Below are positions 11,935-24,225 of a stretch of DNA of 49,675 nucleotides, one piece after another. Under the pieces are notes generated by a model. The model did not search any database, was not told where the DNA came from, and worked only from the letters and a program-made list of their open reading frames with translations. The position numbers were made by a program, and so were the translations under genes. This DNA comes from Octopus bimaculoides. Taxonomy: Eukaryota. The stretch spans positions 18,601,272 through 18,650,946 of the forward strand of contig NC_068991.1 of NCBI RefSeq assembly GCF_001194135.2, read 5' to 3'. The first letter of the stretch is position 1. Each line of letters starts with the position of its first letter.

Positions 11935-12250
11935 CAACATTTAACAACTGTTTTCCATGCTGGCATGGGTTAGCTGACTTGACAGGAATTGGCAAGGGCA
12001 GAGGCTGTATCAGGATTCCATAGTCTGTTTTGGCTTGGTTTCAACAGCTGGATGCCCTCCCTAATGCCAACCACTTTACAGAGTATACTGGGTGCTTTTT
12101 ACGTTCCACCATCACCTGTGCTTTTTACATAACACCAGCATCCACACCAATGCTTTTTATGTGGTACCTTGGTTTTAGGATCTCAGTTCTGTTGTGGTGG
12201 GCAGTCTTCTTGAGTACCACAATGTGCCATATAACTTGGTCCTCATCTCC
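11935..12250 (-). mobile_element. Family C copy
   Basis: TTTCCATGCTGGCATGGG...GGATGCCCTCCCTAATGCCAACCACTTTACAGAG...GGGTGCTTTTTACG. Confidence 0.8.
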
Positions 12251-12434
12251 TTCATAAGGTTTAGTGGTTTGAGATCAGCCTTCAGTACTTCATCTCACAT
12301 CTTCCTGGGTCTCCCTCTTCCAGAACTTCCCTCCATTTTGAGTAATCAGCACTAGATACAGCAAGCTAAGTAAAAGCATAGTTTCCCTTACATACAGGCT
12401 TGTCCCTTGCGACCCTCTCCAGCTGAGCATCCCT

Positions 12435-12658
12435 AATCTTGCTGGTGCCATGTAAAAAGCACCCATACTGACGCTGCATAAAAGCACCCAGTACACTCTG
12501 TAAAGTGGTTGGCATTAGGAAGGACATCCGGTCATAGAAACCATGCTAAAACAGACATGGAGCCTGAACAGCTCTTCAGCTGGCCAGCTTCTGTCAAACC
12601 GTCCAACCCATGCTAGCATGGAAAACAGACGTTAAATGATGATGATGATGATGATGAT
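12435..12658 (+). mobile_element. Family C copy with (GAT)n tail
   Basis: AAAAGCACCCAGTACACTCTGTAAAGTGGTTGGCATTAGGAAGG...GACGTTAAATGATGATG. Confidence 0.85.
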
Positions 12659-12659
12659 A

Positions 12660-12745
12660 TATATATATATAGGTAGGTAGGTAGGTAGGCAGACAGGCAA
12701 ATAGACAGCTAGAAAGATAGATAGGTAGATAGGTTGGTAGGTAGG

Positions 12746-12792
<47 letters not shown>

Positions 12793-12870
12793 ATAGATAG
12801 AACAAAGAGACTGAAAGAAGCAGGCAGGCATATAGACTAAGATACATAGATAGATAGGTAGACAAATAGC

Positions 12871-12906
<36 letters not shown>

Positions 12907-12909
12907 TAG

Positions 12910-12950
<41 letters not shown>
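12660..12950. repeat. Compound (TAGG)n/(TAGA)n/(TA)n/(GA)n microsatellite
   Basis: Direct reading. Confidence 0.9.
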
Positions 12951-12951
<1 letters not shown>

Positions 12952-13702
12952 CATTTAACTGTCATCTGATGTTTCATGATTTCAACCTTGTTGTACCTCA
13001 TCAGCTTTGAAGTTGTCAAAACCACAAATTATCTCATTAAACACAGTATACTGTCAATAGGTGTCTGGAATTTATATTTACAAAACGCTTATTGGACAGC
13101 AACACAAAAGATGTATTTGTGAAAATAAGGAGCAGGTCTTTCCTCAAAGACATTCCAGGCGGTATTCATAACTGATTTTGGTGAGTGGTGAGGGGGGAAG
13201 CAGAAGACATAGTGTCTCTATTATCCAATGAATGGTGAACCTCCATTACACTGTTTAACACAATTTTTGTCCTTGGATAGCAACTGCTGTTTCCTATTTG
13301 CTTACCCTTAGAAAGCATGAAAAATGGTTAATAATTCCTTCAAACTTTGCTTTCGTTACATTTATTCAAACCCCAAAGAAACCTTCTCAACACATGGCTA
13401 TGATGCTCCCCTACTACTCCTGCTCATGATCAGAGATGCACATATTGTCAGCCACCAATGGACATGCTCAAGTGGTTAATATCAAGTAACTGACAAGTAA
13501 ATCTGTATTATTGAGCAGAATATTTGCTATAACGATATTTCTGCTTCAGCAACTCAGCACTGAATCTGTCTGAAATGTAATGGAAAATAGGTCAGTTTCA
13601 AAACATTGATGTCCAGGTCACAAAAGCAAAGTTTAAAGGGAATTGGAGCACTTCCCTTTGATTTCTAGATAAAAACAAATAGGAAACATCATTTACAGAC
13701 CA

Positions 13703-14110
13703 ATCATCATCTTGTTTAATGTCCGCTTTCCATGCTAGCATGGGTTGGACGATTTGACTGAGGACTGGTGAACCAGATGGCTACACCAGGCTCCAATCTG
13801 ATTTGGCAGAGTTTCTACAGCTGGATGCCCTTCCTAATGCCAACCACTCCGAGAGTGTGGTGGGTGCTTTTATGTGCCACCGGCACGAAGGCCAGTCAGG
13901 AGGTACTGGCAACGGCCACGCTCGAAATGGTGTATTTTATGTGCCACCTGCACAGGAGCCAGTCAGCGGCACTGGCAACGATCTCGCTCGAATGATTTTT
14001 CACGTGCCAGTAACATGAAGCTGCGGCACAAGTGCCAGGAACAAGAAGCTGCGGCACAAGTGCCGGGAAGGCGATCCTGGTAATGATCACGCTCGAACGG
14101 TGGTGCCAAT
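13703..14110 (-). mobile_element. Family C young subfamily with internal ~67-bp tandem units
   Basis: High similarity to 41585-42040 in the opposite orientation. Confidence 0.9.
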
Positions 14111-14369
14111 GACAAAGAAAATAAGAATTTTGTTACAGTGTTATTCAAGGATTGAATTACCTGTTCCTGAAGTAACATGTAAGTGGCTGAGTAGTCTTCA
14201 AACAGTTGTATCATTAGCATAATTCTCAGGCAGAATCAATGTGACATGGTGTATAATAAGGCTGAATCTTTTCACCCTTTCCATTCTCACCCACTCAAAG
14301 ACAACCTTGATTCTATGATACAAATACCCTGTTTTAAAGTGATGTAAATTAGCACCTTTCATCAAAGTT

Positions 14370-14542
14370 TGTTTCAGTCATTGGTCTGCAGCCATACTAG
14401 GGGGCACCACCTGGAAGGGTTTAGTCAGACATATTTGATCCCAGTACTTATTGTTTTAAAGTATGGTACTTATTCTATTGAACTCTTTTGCTGAACTGCT
14501 AAGTTTCAGGGACATAAACAAATTGATACTAGTTTCGAAGCA

Positions 14543-14581
<39 letters not shown>

Positions 14582-14586
14582 TGGGG

Positions 14587-14600
<14 letters not shown>
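14370..14600 (-). mobile_element. SINE family A decayed 3' half, followed by (TG)n/(CA)n
   Basis: GTTTCAGTCATTGG...TACTTATTCTATTGAACTCTTTTGCTGAACTGCTAAG. Confidence 0.7.
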
Positions 14601-14643
<43 letters not shown>

Positions 14644-15002
14644 ACACACACACACACACACACACACAACACTACCACTACTACTTTTTATGTGGCTGCA
14701 TCACCATATCAATTCTGCTGTAGTGGATGGGTCTTCTTGAGCACAGCAAAGCAAGGCACCATATATTACATATACGGATTATATATGTAACATATAGCCA
14801 TCATATATGCAATAATTAAATTATACATTATGTACTTCATGTTTTGTTATGTTCACGATCTCCAGGTCAATGGCAAAATTGTCTTGCACAAAAGCAGTTC
14901 ATTGTGCAAAAAAAAGGTTGAGAGGGCCACTGCAGTACAAGCTTCATGGTTACTGTTTTCCGTCTTAACTTATAAGATTGAGAAAACAAAATAATTTTTA
15001 TG

Positions 15003-15432
15003 ACTCTCTTTTGTTACTCTATTTTACTCTTTTACTTGTTTCAGTCATTTGACTGTGGCCATGCTGGAGCACCGCCTTTAGTTGAGCAAATCGACCCCGG
15101 GACTTATTTTTGTAAGCCTAGTACTTATTCTATCGGTCTCTTTTGCCGAACCACTAAGTGACGGGGACATAAACACACCAGCATCGGTTGTCACGCAATG
15201 CTAGGGGACAAACACAGACACACAAACACACACACATATACATATATATATATATATATATACATATATACGACGGGCTTCTTTCAGTTTCCGTCTACCA
15301 AATCCACTCACAAGGCTTTGGTCGGCCCGAGGCTATAGTAGAAGACACTTGCCCAAGATGCCACGCAGTGGGACTGAACCCGGAACCATGTGGTTGGTAA
15401 GCAAGCTACTTACCACACAGCCACTCCTGCGT
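15003..15432 (-). mobile_element. SINE family A, full-length young copy
   Basis: Near-identical to 2141-2550 apart from the internal microsatellite. Confidence 0.92.
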
Positions 15433-15799
15433 CTGTTGAGCACTTTCTTTTGTTTCTACACATATCGCGATAACTACGTCAGCTACTGTGTAGCATTATC
15501 TGTAGACAAGGAACAAGGAAGTGAAGACTGAAAGACAACTGCTTCTGTACTTATTGTAAAACATCCAAATGCCATCAAGGAAGCTCTGCTGAACATTCCT
15601 TGTTGAGAAGACAGAAAACGTGAACAAGTGCATGTGTTGGAAAGCCAACTACTTCAAGAGAATGGTAGGCTTTCCAGCCTGCTTTGTCAATCAATGTTGA
15701 TGTTTTAAAAACAACACAAAATCTTGTTCAGGAGATTGTTTACTCGTGGTTAAAACCTTGGTTCTACCTTAACAGGTTCTACTATAACCTAAAATGATG

Positions 15800-16230
15800 T
15801 ATATATGTGCATGTAAGTGTGTATATATGCGTGTACGCATACGTATTTTTATATGCATGTGTATGTGTGTGAGTGTGTGTGTGTGTGTCTGTGTGAATGT
15901 GTGTGTGTGTCTGTGTGAATGTGTGTGTGTGTGTGAGTGTGTGTGTGTATGATTGAGGAAGACCTAATGTAAGTAACATGTAGCAAGAAAGATATTTACA
16001 GAGGATCGTCTGGTTTTGGATGTGTGCATGTTTATGTGTGATTCTTTGTATGTAAATGTGTGCGTATATCTGTGAATGCTTGTTTGAGGAAACGTCTTTG
16101 TGCGTGTATGTGGTTTTTGGTAATGTGTGTGTGTGTGTGTGAGACTGTGTTGGTATGTTTGTGTGTTCGTGTATATGTGTGTATGCGTGCGTGCATGTGT
16201 GCATGCATATGTGTGAGTGTGTTTATGAAG
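15800..16230. repeat. Degenerate TG-rich microsatellite tracts
   Basis: Direct reading. Confidence 0.8.
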
Positions 16231-16269
16231 ACAGGTTTGGCTATAAAATAAGTAAATATTGGCAGGTGA

Positions 16270-16590
16270 AGGCACATGGCTTAGTGGTTAGAGTATTCAG
16301 CTCACAATCATAAAGTTGTGAGTTCGATTCCTGGTGGTGCATTGTATCCTTGAGCAAGACACTTTATTTCACTTTGCTCCAGTCCACTCAGCTGGCAAAA
16401 GTGAGTTGTACCTGTAATTCTAAAGGGCCAGCCTTGTCACATTCCGTGTCATGTTGAATCTCCCCTAGAACTACACTACGGGTATGCAAGTCTGTGAAGT
16501 GCTCAGCCACTTGCACATTAATTTCACAAGTAGGCTGTTCCGTTAATTGGTACAACTGGAACCCTCATTGTCGTAATTGACAGAAGGCCC
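16270..16590 (+). mobile_element. SINE family D (tRNA head + CORE-like domain, OR2-like) with the family-B tail
   Basis: A box TGGCTTAGTGG, B box GTTCGATTCC; TCCTTGAGCAAGACACTTTATTTCACTTTGCTCCAGTCCACTCAGCTG aligns with the MIR/CORE consensus; tail GTGCTCAGCCACTTGCACATTAATTTCAC shared with B. Confidence 0.85.
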
Positions 16591-16849
16591 ATTAAATACT
16601 GGTAATATAAAATACTATAAGTAACAAAATAGATTGTAATGTAATACAAAGTAATATTAAATACTAGTTGGCCTCATGCTGTCAAAAATGCCCACTAATT
16701 GTAGTATTTTATATATAGATATGGATGCTAAATCAAATTAATACACTTGTCAATGTTATCTAGTGGTTGTCTTCTGAGGTGTGACATCGGTCACCGTTTG
16801 TTACTGATAGAACACTGGTTCATACATACAAACAGTCACATACTTCCTT

Positions 16850-16888
<39 letters not shown>

Positions 16889-16979
16889 TATATTTACACA
16901 GAGTTGAAATGCTGTAAACATGATGACTTATAGCTTGTTATCTTGTTATTTTCACATTGTAAAGAACAGCAAAGTAAAA

Positions 16980-17330
16980 ATACCTTCATTGAAGAATGGG
17001 TAAGGGTTAGCAACAGGAAGGGTATCCAACCATAGATTGCTATTTAGATAAATCTTCATCTAACTCATATTGTTACTACGTGCACTTTTCATGTCTACAT
17101 AGATTGGATGGAATTTACAGAGGCAGTTTCCTACTGCCAGATAGATGTTCTTCCTGTTGTCAGTCCCCTACCTGTTTCCTTAGCAAGGTCATAATATTTT
17201 GTCCATTTCTAGACCAGATTTTGCAGAATATTAAGAATAAATAACACTGCTTGTATGACAGTCATGCTCATTTGCTTTCATATCAAGTTGATATGAAGGC
17301 AAAATGACATACATACACACATACATGTAC
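16980..17330. mobile_element. Family F fragments in opposite orientations (+ about 16980-17040; - about 17075-17330)
   Basis: AGGGTTAGCAACAGGAAGGGTATCC (+) and TTCTTCCTGTTGTCAGTCCCTACCTGTTTCC (-). Confidence 0.6.
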
Positions 17331-17369
17331 AACCATACGTCCCTTGACAACATGCACCAGACCAAATGT

Positions 17370-17515
17370 TTAGGAACGTTTCTTCTGGTTTTTCATTCCG
17401 AGTTCAAATGCCACTGGAATCAATTTTTACCTTTCATTCTTTCAAGGGTGATAAAATAAGTACCAGTTGGGGTAGATGTAATTGACTTACTACCTCCTCC
17501 AAAATTACTGACCAT
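17370..17515 (+). mobile_element. SINE family E decayed copy
   Basis: GAGTTCAAATGCC...CCTTTCATTCTTTCAAGGGTGATAAAATAAGTACCAG. Confidence 0.65.
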
Positions 17516-17537
17516 TCACCAAAATTTGCAACCTATA

Positions 17538-17850
17538 TCATCATCATCATCATCATTTAACATCCATTTTCCATGCTGGCATGGGTTGGATGGTTTGACT
17601 GTAAACTGGGGAGTTGCACCAGGTTTCAATCTGATTTGGCATGGTTTCTACACCAACCAACTTCAAGAGTGTACTGGGTGCTTTTCATGTGCCACTGGCA
17701 CAGGTGCCAGTTACAAAACACAGGAATCAGCCACGACAAAGATCTCACTTGGCTTGACAAGTCTTTTCAAGCATGGTGTATTGCCAAAGATCTTGGTCAC
17801 TTGACACTGCCTTTGTGAGGCCCAAAGTTCGAAGGGTGCTTTCTACATGT
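17538..17850 (-). mobile_element. Family C copy
   Basis: (TCA)n TTTAACATCCATTTTCCATGCTGGCATGGGTTGG...GGGTGCTTTTCATGTGCC. Confidence 0.8.
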
Positions 17851-17898
17851 CACTGTATATAATATAATATAACACACACACAGACACCACAGAAATGT

Positions 17899-18062
17899 GA
17901 TGGGCTTCTTTCCATTTCTGTCAACCAAATCCATTCTCAAGGCTTTAGTTGGACCAGGGCTATTGTAGAAGACACTTGCCCAAAGTGCCATGCAATCTGA
18001 AACCATATATGGTTGGTAAGCAAGCGTTTTAGCAGTTTTTGAACCCATTGCCACTCCTGTGC
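17899..18062 (-). mobile_element. SINE family A 5' half
   Basis: GGGCTTCTTTCC...GAAGACACTTGCCCAAAGTGCC...GCCACTCCTGTGC. Confidence 0.75.
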
Positions 18063-18617
18063 TTTACAAGCATAGAAAGAAAAAAAAGACATAGAAATGA
18101 CAACAATGACGATGATGATGATATAATGGCTGCAGTAGATTTGAACTTCTAAATACCAAGTACAGAGTGCATTCATACAATTCAGCTTATATAACTCGTG
18201 CGATGGTATTAGTTACGGAAATATTCCATTTATTAATATTTTACTATGTCAACCTCTTAAATGAATTATGTAGATGAATAAATAGATAAACAGATTAAAA
18301 AAATGTCATGCAAAAAAAAAACAGGTTGCACATGGGAGGTGAGTAGGTGGTGGGTGGGGGCCCAAAAATGTTTTAATAAGAAAAAAGATCTTAATAAGAA
18401 CACACCCTACCACCAAGGTGTGTTGAATGAACTTTGTTGTGAGGAGACTTAGATGAGTGGATGGCTAAAGAAACACAATCTGGTTATTATGTACAAACGA
18501 ACGAAGTTATGTTAAATATGTTTTTGAACATAATTCATTCCAGTGCACATAAATGACACATACGCACACACACTTACACATATTTATGTATGTTTGTGTA
18601 TGCATATATGTGTGTAT

Positions 18618-18656
<39 letters not shown>

Positions 18657-18747
18657 CTTGCTTACCAACCATATATATATATATATATACACACACACAA
18701 ACAGACATATACATAAAAAGTACATTCGTACATATACAAACACATGT

Positions 18748-19193
18748 NNNNNNNNNNNNNNNNNNNNNNNNNNNNNNNNNNNNNNNNNNNNNNNNNNNNN
18801 NNNNNNNNNNNNNNNNNNNNNNNNNNNNNNNNNNNNNNNNNNNNNNNNNNNNNNNNNNNNNNNNNNNNNNNNNNNNNNNNNNNNNNNNNNNNNNNNNNNN
18901 NNNNNNNNNNNNNNNNNNNNNNNNNNNNNNNNNNNNNNNNNNNNNNNNNNNNNNNNNNNNNNNNNNNNNNNNNNNNNNNNNNNNNNNNNNNNNNNNNNNN
19001 NNNNNNNNNNNNNNNNNNNNNNNNNNNNNNNNNNNNNNNNNNNNNNNNNNNNNNNNNNNNNNNNNNNNNNNNNNNNNNNNNNNNNNNNNNNNNNNNNNNN
19101 NNNNNNNNNNNNNNNNNNNNNNNNNNNNNNNNNNNNNNNNNNNNNNNNNNNNNNNNNNNNNNNNNNNNNNNNNNNNNNNNNNNNNNNNNNNNN
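18748..19193. other. Assembly gap (N run)
   Basis: N bases within a TA/CA microsatellite field. Confidence 1.
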
Positions 19194-19229
<36 letters not shown>

Positions 19230-19742
19230 ATGTGTGTGTGTGGTTGTGTATATATACACACATGTGTATATCTATAACACATATATATATACTTATCCAC
19301 ACAAATATGTATATACTTGCAAAATAATGAATCTTTCATACCTATACATTTTTGCATCATACTCATTCCGTGGTGTGTGTGTGGGGTGGTGGTATGTATC
19401 TGGGGGGTGTATGTGGGTGTGGGTGTGCCTATTAAATAGAAATAGGTTGTTAAAATATTTGAAGATGTGAAGGGGTAGTGTCATGTTCTTGTTTTACTAA
19501 AAAGAAACAAAAATGTAGACAACATTATCTTCTTCCATGCTTATTTTTCTTTGTTTCAAATTTCCGTTTATTGTTGTCTCTGCTGTGTGGCCACAGGTCA
19601 GCTCCAAGACATGAAGATGGTCAGTACTCAAAATTATCAGTTTCACAGACTTATTCTTTGACCCTTTAGCATTCACACTCCTCTATCAAAAGTGATGTTT
19701 ATTTATTCACGTTTGTTTTCAATTATTCATGCACACAATGTT

Positions 19743-19958
19743 GGGTGCAAGAGTGGCTGTGTGGTAAGTAGCTTGCTTACCAGCCACATGGTTCTGAGTT
19801 CAGTCCCACTGCATGGCACCTTGGGCAAGTGTCTTCTACTATAGCCTTGAGCCGACCAAAGCCTTGTGAGTGGATTTGGTAGACGGAAACTGAAAGAAGC
19901 CCATCGTATATATGTATATATATGTGTCTGTGTTTGTCCCCCCAACATCGCCTCAACA
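19743..19958 (+). mobile_element. SINE family A, young 5' two-thirds (3'-truncated)
   Basis: GAGTGGCTGTGTGGTAAGTAGCTTGCTTACC...GAAAGAAGCCCATCGTAT...CCCCAACATCGC. Confidence 0.88.
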
Positions 19959-19974
19959 GATCTTATGTATGTAT

Positions 19975-20420
19975 GTATAAAATCATCATTTTTACATCCA
20001 CTTTTCTATACTTGCATGGGTCAAATGAAATTTGTCAGGCAGATTTTCTATGGCCAGATGCCATTCCTATCATTAACACTTCTTTTATTAACCCTTCTTT
20101 TCAGCTTTGGCAACATTTCCCCATGGTCGGATGTGCTTTCAGACAACTGAAAACAATTTAGTACCTGTTTTCCATGCGGACATGAGTTAGATAATTTGAC
20201 CTAGACTGGTAAGCTAGAGAGCTGTATCAGGCTTCAGTCTGATTTGGCTTGGTTTCTACACCTTAATGCTCTTCCTAATGCCAACCACTCCATGTCACCG
20301 GCACAGGTGTCTTTTATGTGTCACTGCCATGAATGCCTTTTATTATGTGTCACCAGCACTGGCTATGACTACAATTTCATTTGACTTGATGTGTCTTCTC
20401 AATCACACAGTAATCAAACA
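19975..20420 (-). mobile_element. Family F fragment (about 19975-20160) followed by a family C fragment (about 20160-20420)
   Basis: ATCCACTTTTCTATACTTGCATGGGTC; CTTCCTAATGCCAACCACTCC. Confidence 0.65.
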
Positions 20421-20722
20421 TCATGTCGTCAAATATGATACACATATTGGATGACTCACATAGCCAATGATACAATAGATATTTGTTGTTTGCCCTCATG
20501 CAGGAGCAAACACCAACTGTCAAGCCCAAATGACCAGATATCTGATCTCCAAAAATTCCATCCGTGGCCATCCTGTCTTCAAAGGTATGTAAGAGAGCAG
20601 AATCGAATGTACCTTGTTCATATTTAACTATTTAAGATGGTGGTGATGAATGATATTGAAAAGTTATCTGCTGATAGGAAATGGCACGTATGAATGAATG
20701 TGATGACACAACACATATATCG

Positions 20723-20766
<44 letters not shown>

Positions 20767-20883
20767 GTGTGCGTGTGTGTGTTCATTGTTCAATACTGCT
20801 GAATATGCTATCTATATGATAGAGTAGTGATGTTACTATATATTTATAGGTGTGTGAGTGAGTGTGTGTGTGTGAGTGAGTGA

Positions 20884-20914
<31 letters not shown>

Positions 20915-21056
20915 TGTGTGTGTGTATGCTAATCTTTGCAAACAAAAGGAAAACAATACCCTGTGCATGTTGCAGAGTTTATATTGATTAGGAAACAATT
21001 GATGCGTGTGTGTTACACATTCACATGCACATGTGTATGTAGGAAAGTAAATATTT

Positions 21057-21114
<58 letters not shown>

Positions 21115-21124
21115 NNNNNNNNNN
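21115..21124. other. Assembly gap (10 N) next to a 54-bp tandem duplication
   Basis: CGAACA(A/G)TCATTCATATATGTACAC at about 21125 and 21179. Confidence 0.95.
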
Positions 21125-21197
21125 CGAACAATCATTCATATATGTACACACACACACACACATTAAACATGAAGAAGTCGAACAGTCATTCATATAT

Positions 21198-21249
<52 letters not shown>

Positions 21250-21744
21250 ACAGGTGAAGAAAGATATGCGTACATGTGAAACTCCCGTTTTCTTTCACAG
21301 AATACTGTCATGAAAACACAATTAGCTGGAATAAAATATAATTAAAAGAAGGGAATGTTGATGTTATTATGAAATAAGAATCCATCATTGGTGTGTTTAG
21401 AAAAGAAACAGGCTCTGTTATAAAGAACATCGTGGGACTATAGAATTAATTTAACACTTTTTTAGCGGAAATGAAATGAGAAAAATAATTTTTTTTCTTT
21501 CATCAGTTGATGTTTTAATTTCTGACCAATCCCAGCAATGAAGCAATTGTCATGTGACCTTATATGCAATCCTGTGAACCTAGATACCTCTCACATTGCC
21601 ATTGTTTATACACAATACATTACCTTATTATCATCAATATCATTATCTTTGCCATAAGCACTGAGCAAACGAAGAAGCCACCATGTAAGTGGTCAATCTG
21701 CTAGAAACAGCAGCGAAATTTTTCCTTCAATCACACCCTATGAT

Positions 21745-22375
21745 ATCATCATCATTTTAACCTCTACTTTTCTATGCCTGCGTGGGTCAGACAGATTTTA
21801 TTGAGGTAGAATTTTTTAAAGCAGGATGCACTTTTTTCTGTTGCCAAACCTTACTCGTTTTCAAGTAGAGTAATATTTCTCCATGACTAAGACATGTTTT
21901 TTGCAGAATATGGAAAATGAATCATCATGGTGACACTCATTTATAATTCTCGTGTTGTTGGCACTCCGTCGCTTACGACGTCAAAGGTACCAGTTGATCC
22001 GATCAACGGAACAGCCTGCTCATGAAATTAACGTGCAAGTGGCTGAGCACTCCACAGACAAGTGTACCCTTAATGTAGTTCTTGGGGACATTCAGCGTGA
22101 CATAGTGTGACAAGGCCGACCCTTTGAATTACAGGCACAACAGAAACAGGAAATAAGAGTGAGAGAAAGTTGTGGTGAAAGAGTACAGCAGGGTTCGCCA
22201 CCATCCCCTGCCGGAGCCTCGTGGAGCTTTAGGTGTTTTCGCTCAATAAACACTCACAACGCCCGGTATTGGAATTGAAACCGCGATCCGATGACCGTAA
22301 GTCCGCTGCCCTAACCACTGGGCCATTGCGCCTCCACATAATTCTCATATAATGTCAAGATAAGGAAACACAAAT
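21745..22375 (-). mobile_element. Family F copy interrupted by SINE B
   Basis: F body on both sides of B (...GACACTCATTTATAATTCTC [B] ATAATTCTCATATAATGTCAAGATAAGG). Confidence 0.75.
21953..22337 (-). mobile_element. SINE family B, full-length, with target-site duplication
   Basis: Head GTGGAGGCGCAATGGCCCAGTGGTTAGGGCAGCGG...GTTTCAATTCC; TSD ATAATTCTC at 21943-21951 and 22338-22346. Confidence 0.92.
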
Positions 22376-22529
22376 ACACCTCTCTCTCTCTCATTAACTC
22401 TCTCTCTCTCACACCCTCACACACACACACACACAATCATACATTGAAAAGTCCCTTGGCCCCTTGGAGCTCATTTGGGTGCTACATCTATGCAGTGTAT
22501 CTAGTATGAGAAAACGTGGTGGAGCCCAT

Positions 22530-22645
22530 CCCTCTCTAGGCTGAACTCATTTCTACAGCTGAGTGGACTGGAGCAACGTGAAATGCTCGGTCCAGGAACT
22601 GAAACCACAATCTTACAATCATGAGTGCAACACCCTAACCACTAA
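22530..22645 (-). mobile_element. SINE family D partial (head plus CORE-like piece)
   Basis: CAGCTGAGTGGACTGGAGCAACGTGAAAT...CCTAACCACTAAG. Confidence 0.7.
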
Positions 22646-22996
22646 GTGATGCACTTCCCTCTGCATTCATACATACATAAACACATACATACATACATAC
22701 ATACATACATACATACATACATGCATGCATGCATACATATTTACATACATATATACATACATACATGCATACATATAGACAATTGGCTTCCGGATGTAAT
22801 AGTGAAAAAAAAAAAAGGTATGTCGGTCACAACTGGAATGCTTTGATCACATACACATGCCTGGAGAGGATTGAAAATGGGGTTTATATTACTGGTATTC
22901 AATTTCATTAATGCGGTAACAAGTTTACCTCCCAACAACAGGGTTTCGGGTTCAGTCCCACTGTGTGGAACTTTAGGCAAAGTGAAAGAAGCATGT

Positions 22997-23075
<79 letters not shown>

Positions 23076-23091
23076 CATAGATAGATAGATA

Positions 23092-23262
23092 TCATCACCA
23101 TCAATTTAAGGTCCCATTTTCCATGCTTGCATGGGCCAAATGGAATTTATTTAGGCAGATCTCCTGTATCCAGATGCCTCTCCAGTTGCCAACCTTCACC
23201 TGTTGCCAAGAAGGGTAATATTTCCCAAAACATGTTCCCCCAGAACACAGGAAATGAATGAC
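23092..23262 (-). mobile_element. Family F fragment
   Basis: TTTTCCATGCTTGCATGGG...GTTGCCAACCTTCACCTGTTGCCAAG. Confidence 0.7.
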
Positions 23263-23263
23263 A

Positions 23264-23394
23264 CTGTAAGCCTAGTACTTATTCTATCGGCCTTTTTTTT
23301 GCTGAACTGCTAAGTTACACGGATGTAAACACACCGATACTGGTTGTCAAGCAATGATGGTGACAAACACAGGCACAAAGACACACACACATAA

Positions 23395-23487
<93 letters not shown>

Positions 23488-23662
23488 CACACATACACAA
23501 TAGGCTTCTTTCAGTTTCCATCTACCAAATCGACTCACAAGGCTTCAGTCAGCCTGAGGCTATAGAAAAAGACACTTGACCAAGGTGCCATGTAGTGAGA
23601 CTGAACCTGGAACCATGTTGTTGGAAAGCAGACTTCTTACTACACAGCCATGCCTACACCTA
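23264..23662 (-). mobile_element. SINE family A, tail-truncated, with long (TA)n
   Basis: TGTAAGCCTAGTACTTATTCTATCGG...CAGCCATGCCTACACCTAT. Confidence 0.82.
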
Positions 23663-23800
23663 TAAAATAAATTTTTATTAGAGGTTTGTTTTTCTTGGCA
23701 TCATGGAGGTCCTTTAAAAACTCACATTCAGACACAACACAATGGTATATCCTATCCAGGCCTACAATATCTAATGCCTTTTCTGAACCTTCCAACACAT

Positions 23801-24225
23801 ACTCTCTTTTACCCTTTTAATTGTTTCAGTCATTTGACTGCGGCCATGCTGGAGCACCGCCTTTAGTCGAGGAAATCGACCCCAGGACTTATTCTTTGTA
23901 AGCCTAGTACTTATTCTATTGGTCCCTTTCACCAAACCGCTAAGTTACGTGGACGTAAACACACCAGCTTCGGTTGTCAAGCGATGTTGGGGGGACAAAC
24001 ACAGACACACAAACATATCCACACACATACATACATATATATATATATATACATATATACGACAGGCTTCTTTCAGTTTTCGTCTACCAAATCCACTCAC
24101 AAGGCTTTGGTCGGTCCGAGGCTATAGTAGAAGACACTTGCCCAAGGTGCCACACAGTGGGAATGAAACCAGAACCATGTGGTTGGTAAGCAAGCTACTT
24201 ACCACACAGCCACTCTTGCGCCTAT
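23801..24225 (-). mobile_element. SINE family A, full-length young copy
   Basis: As 2141-2550. Confidence 0.92.
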
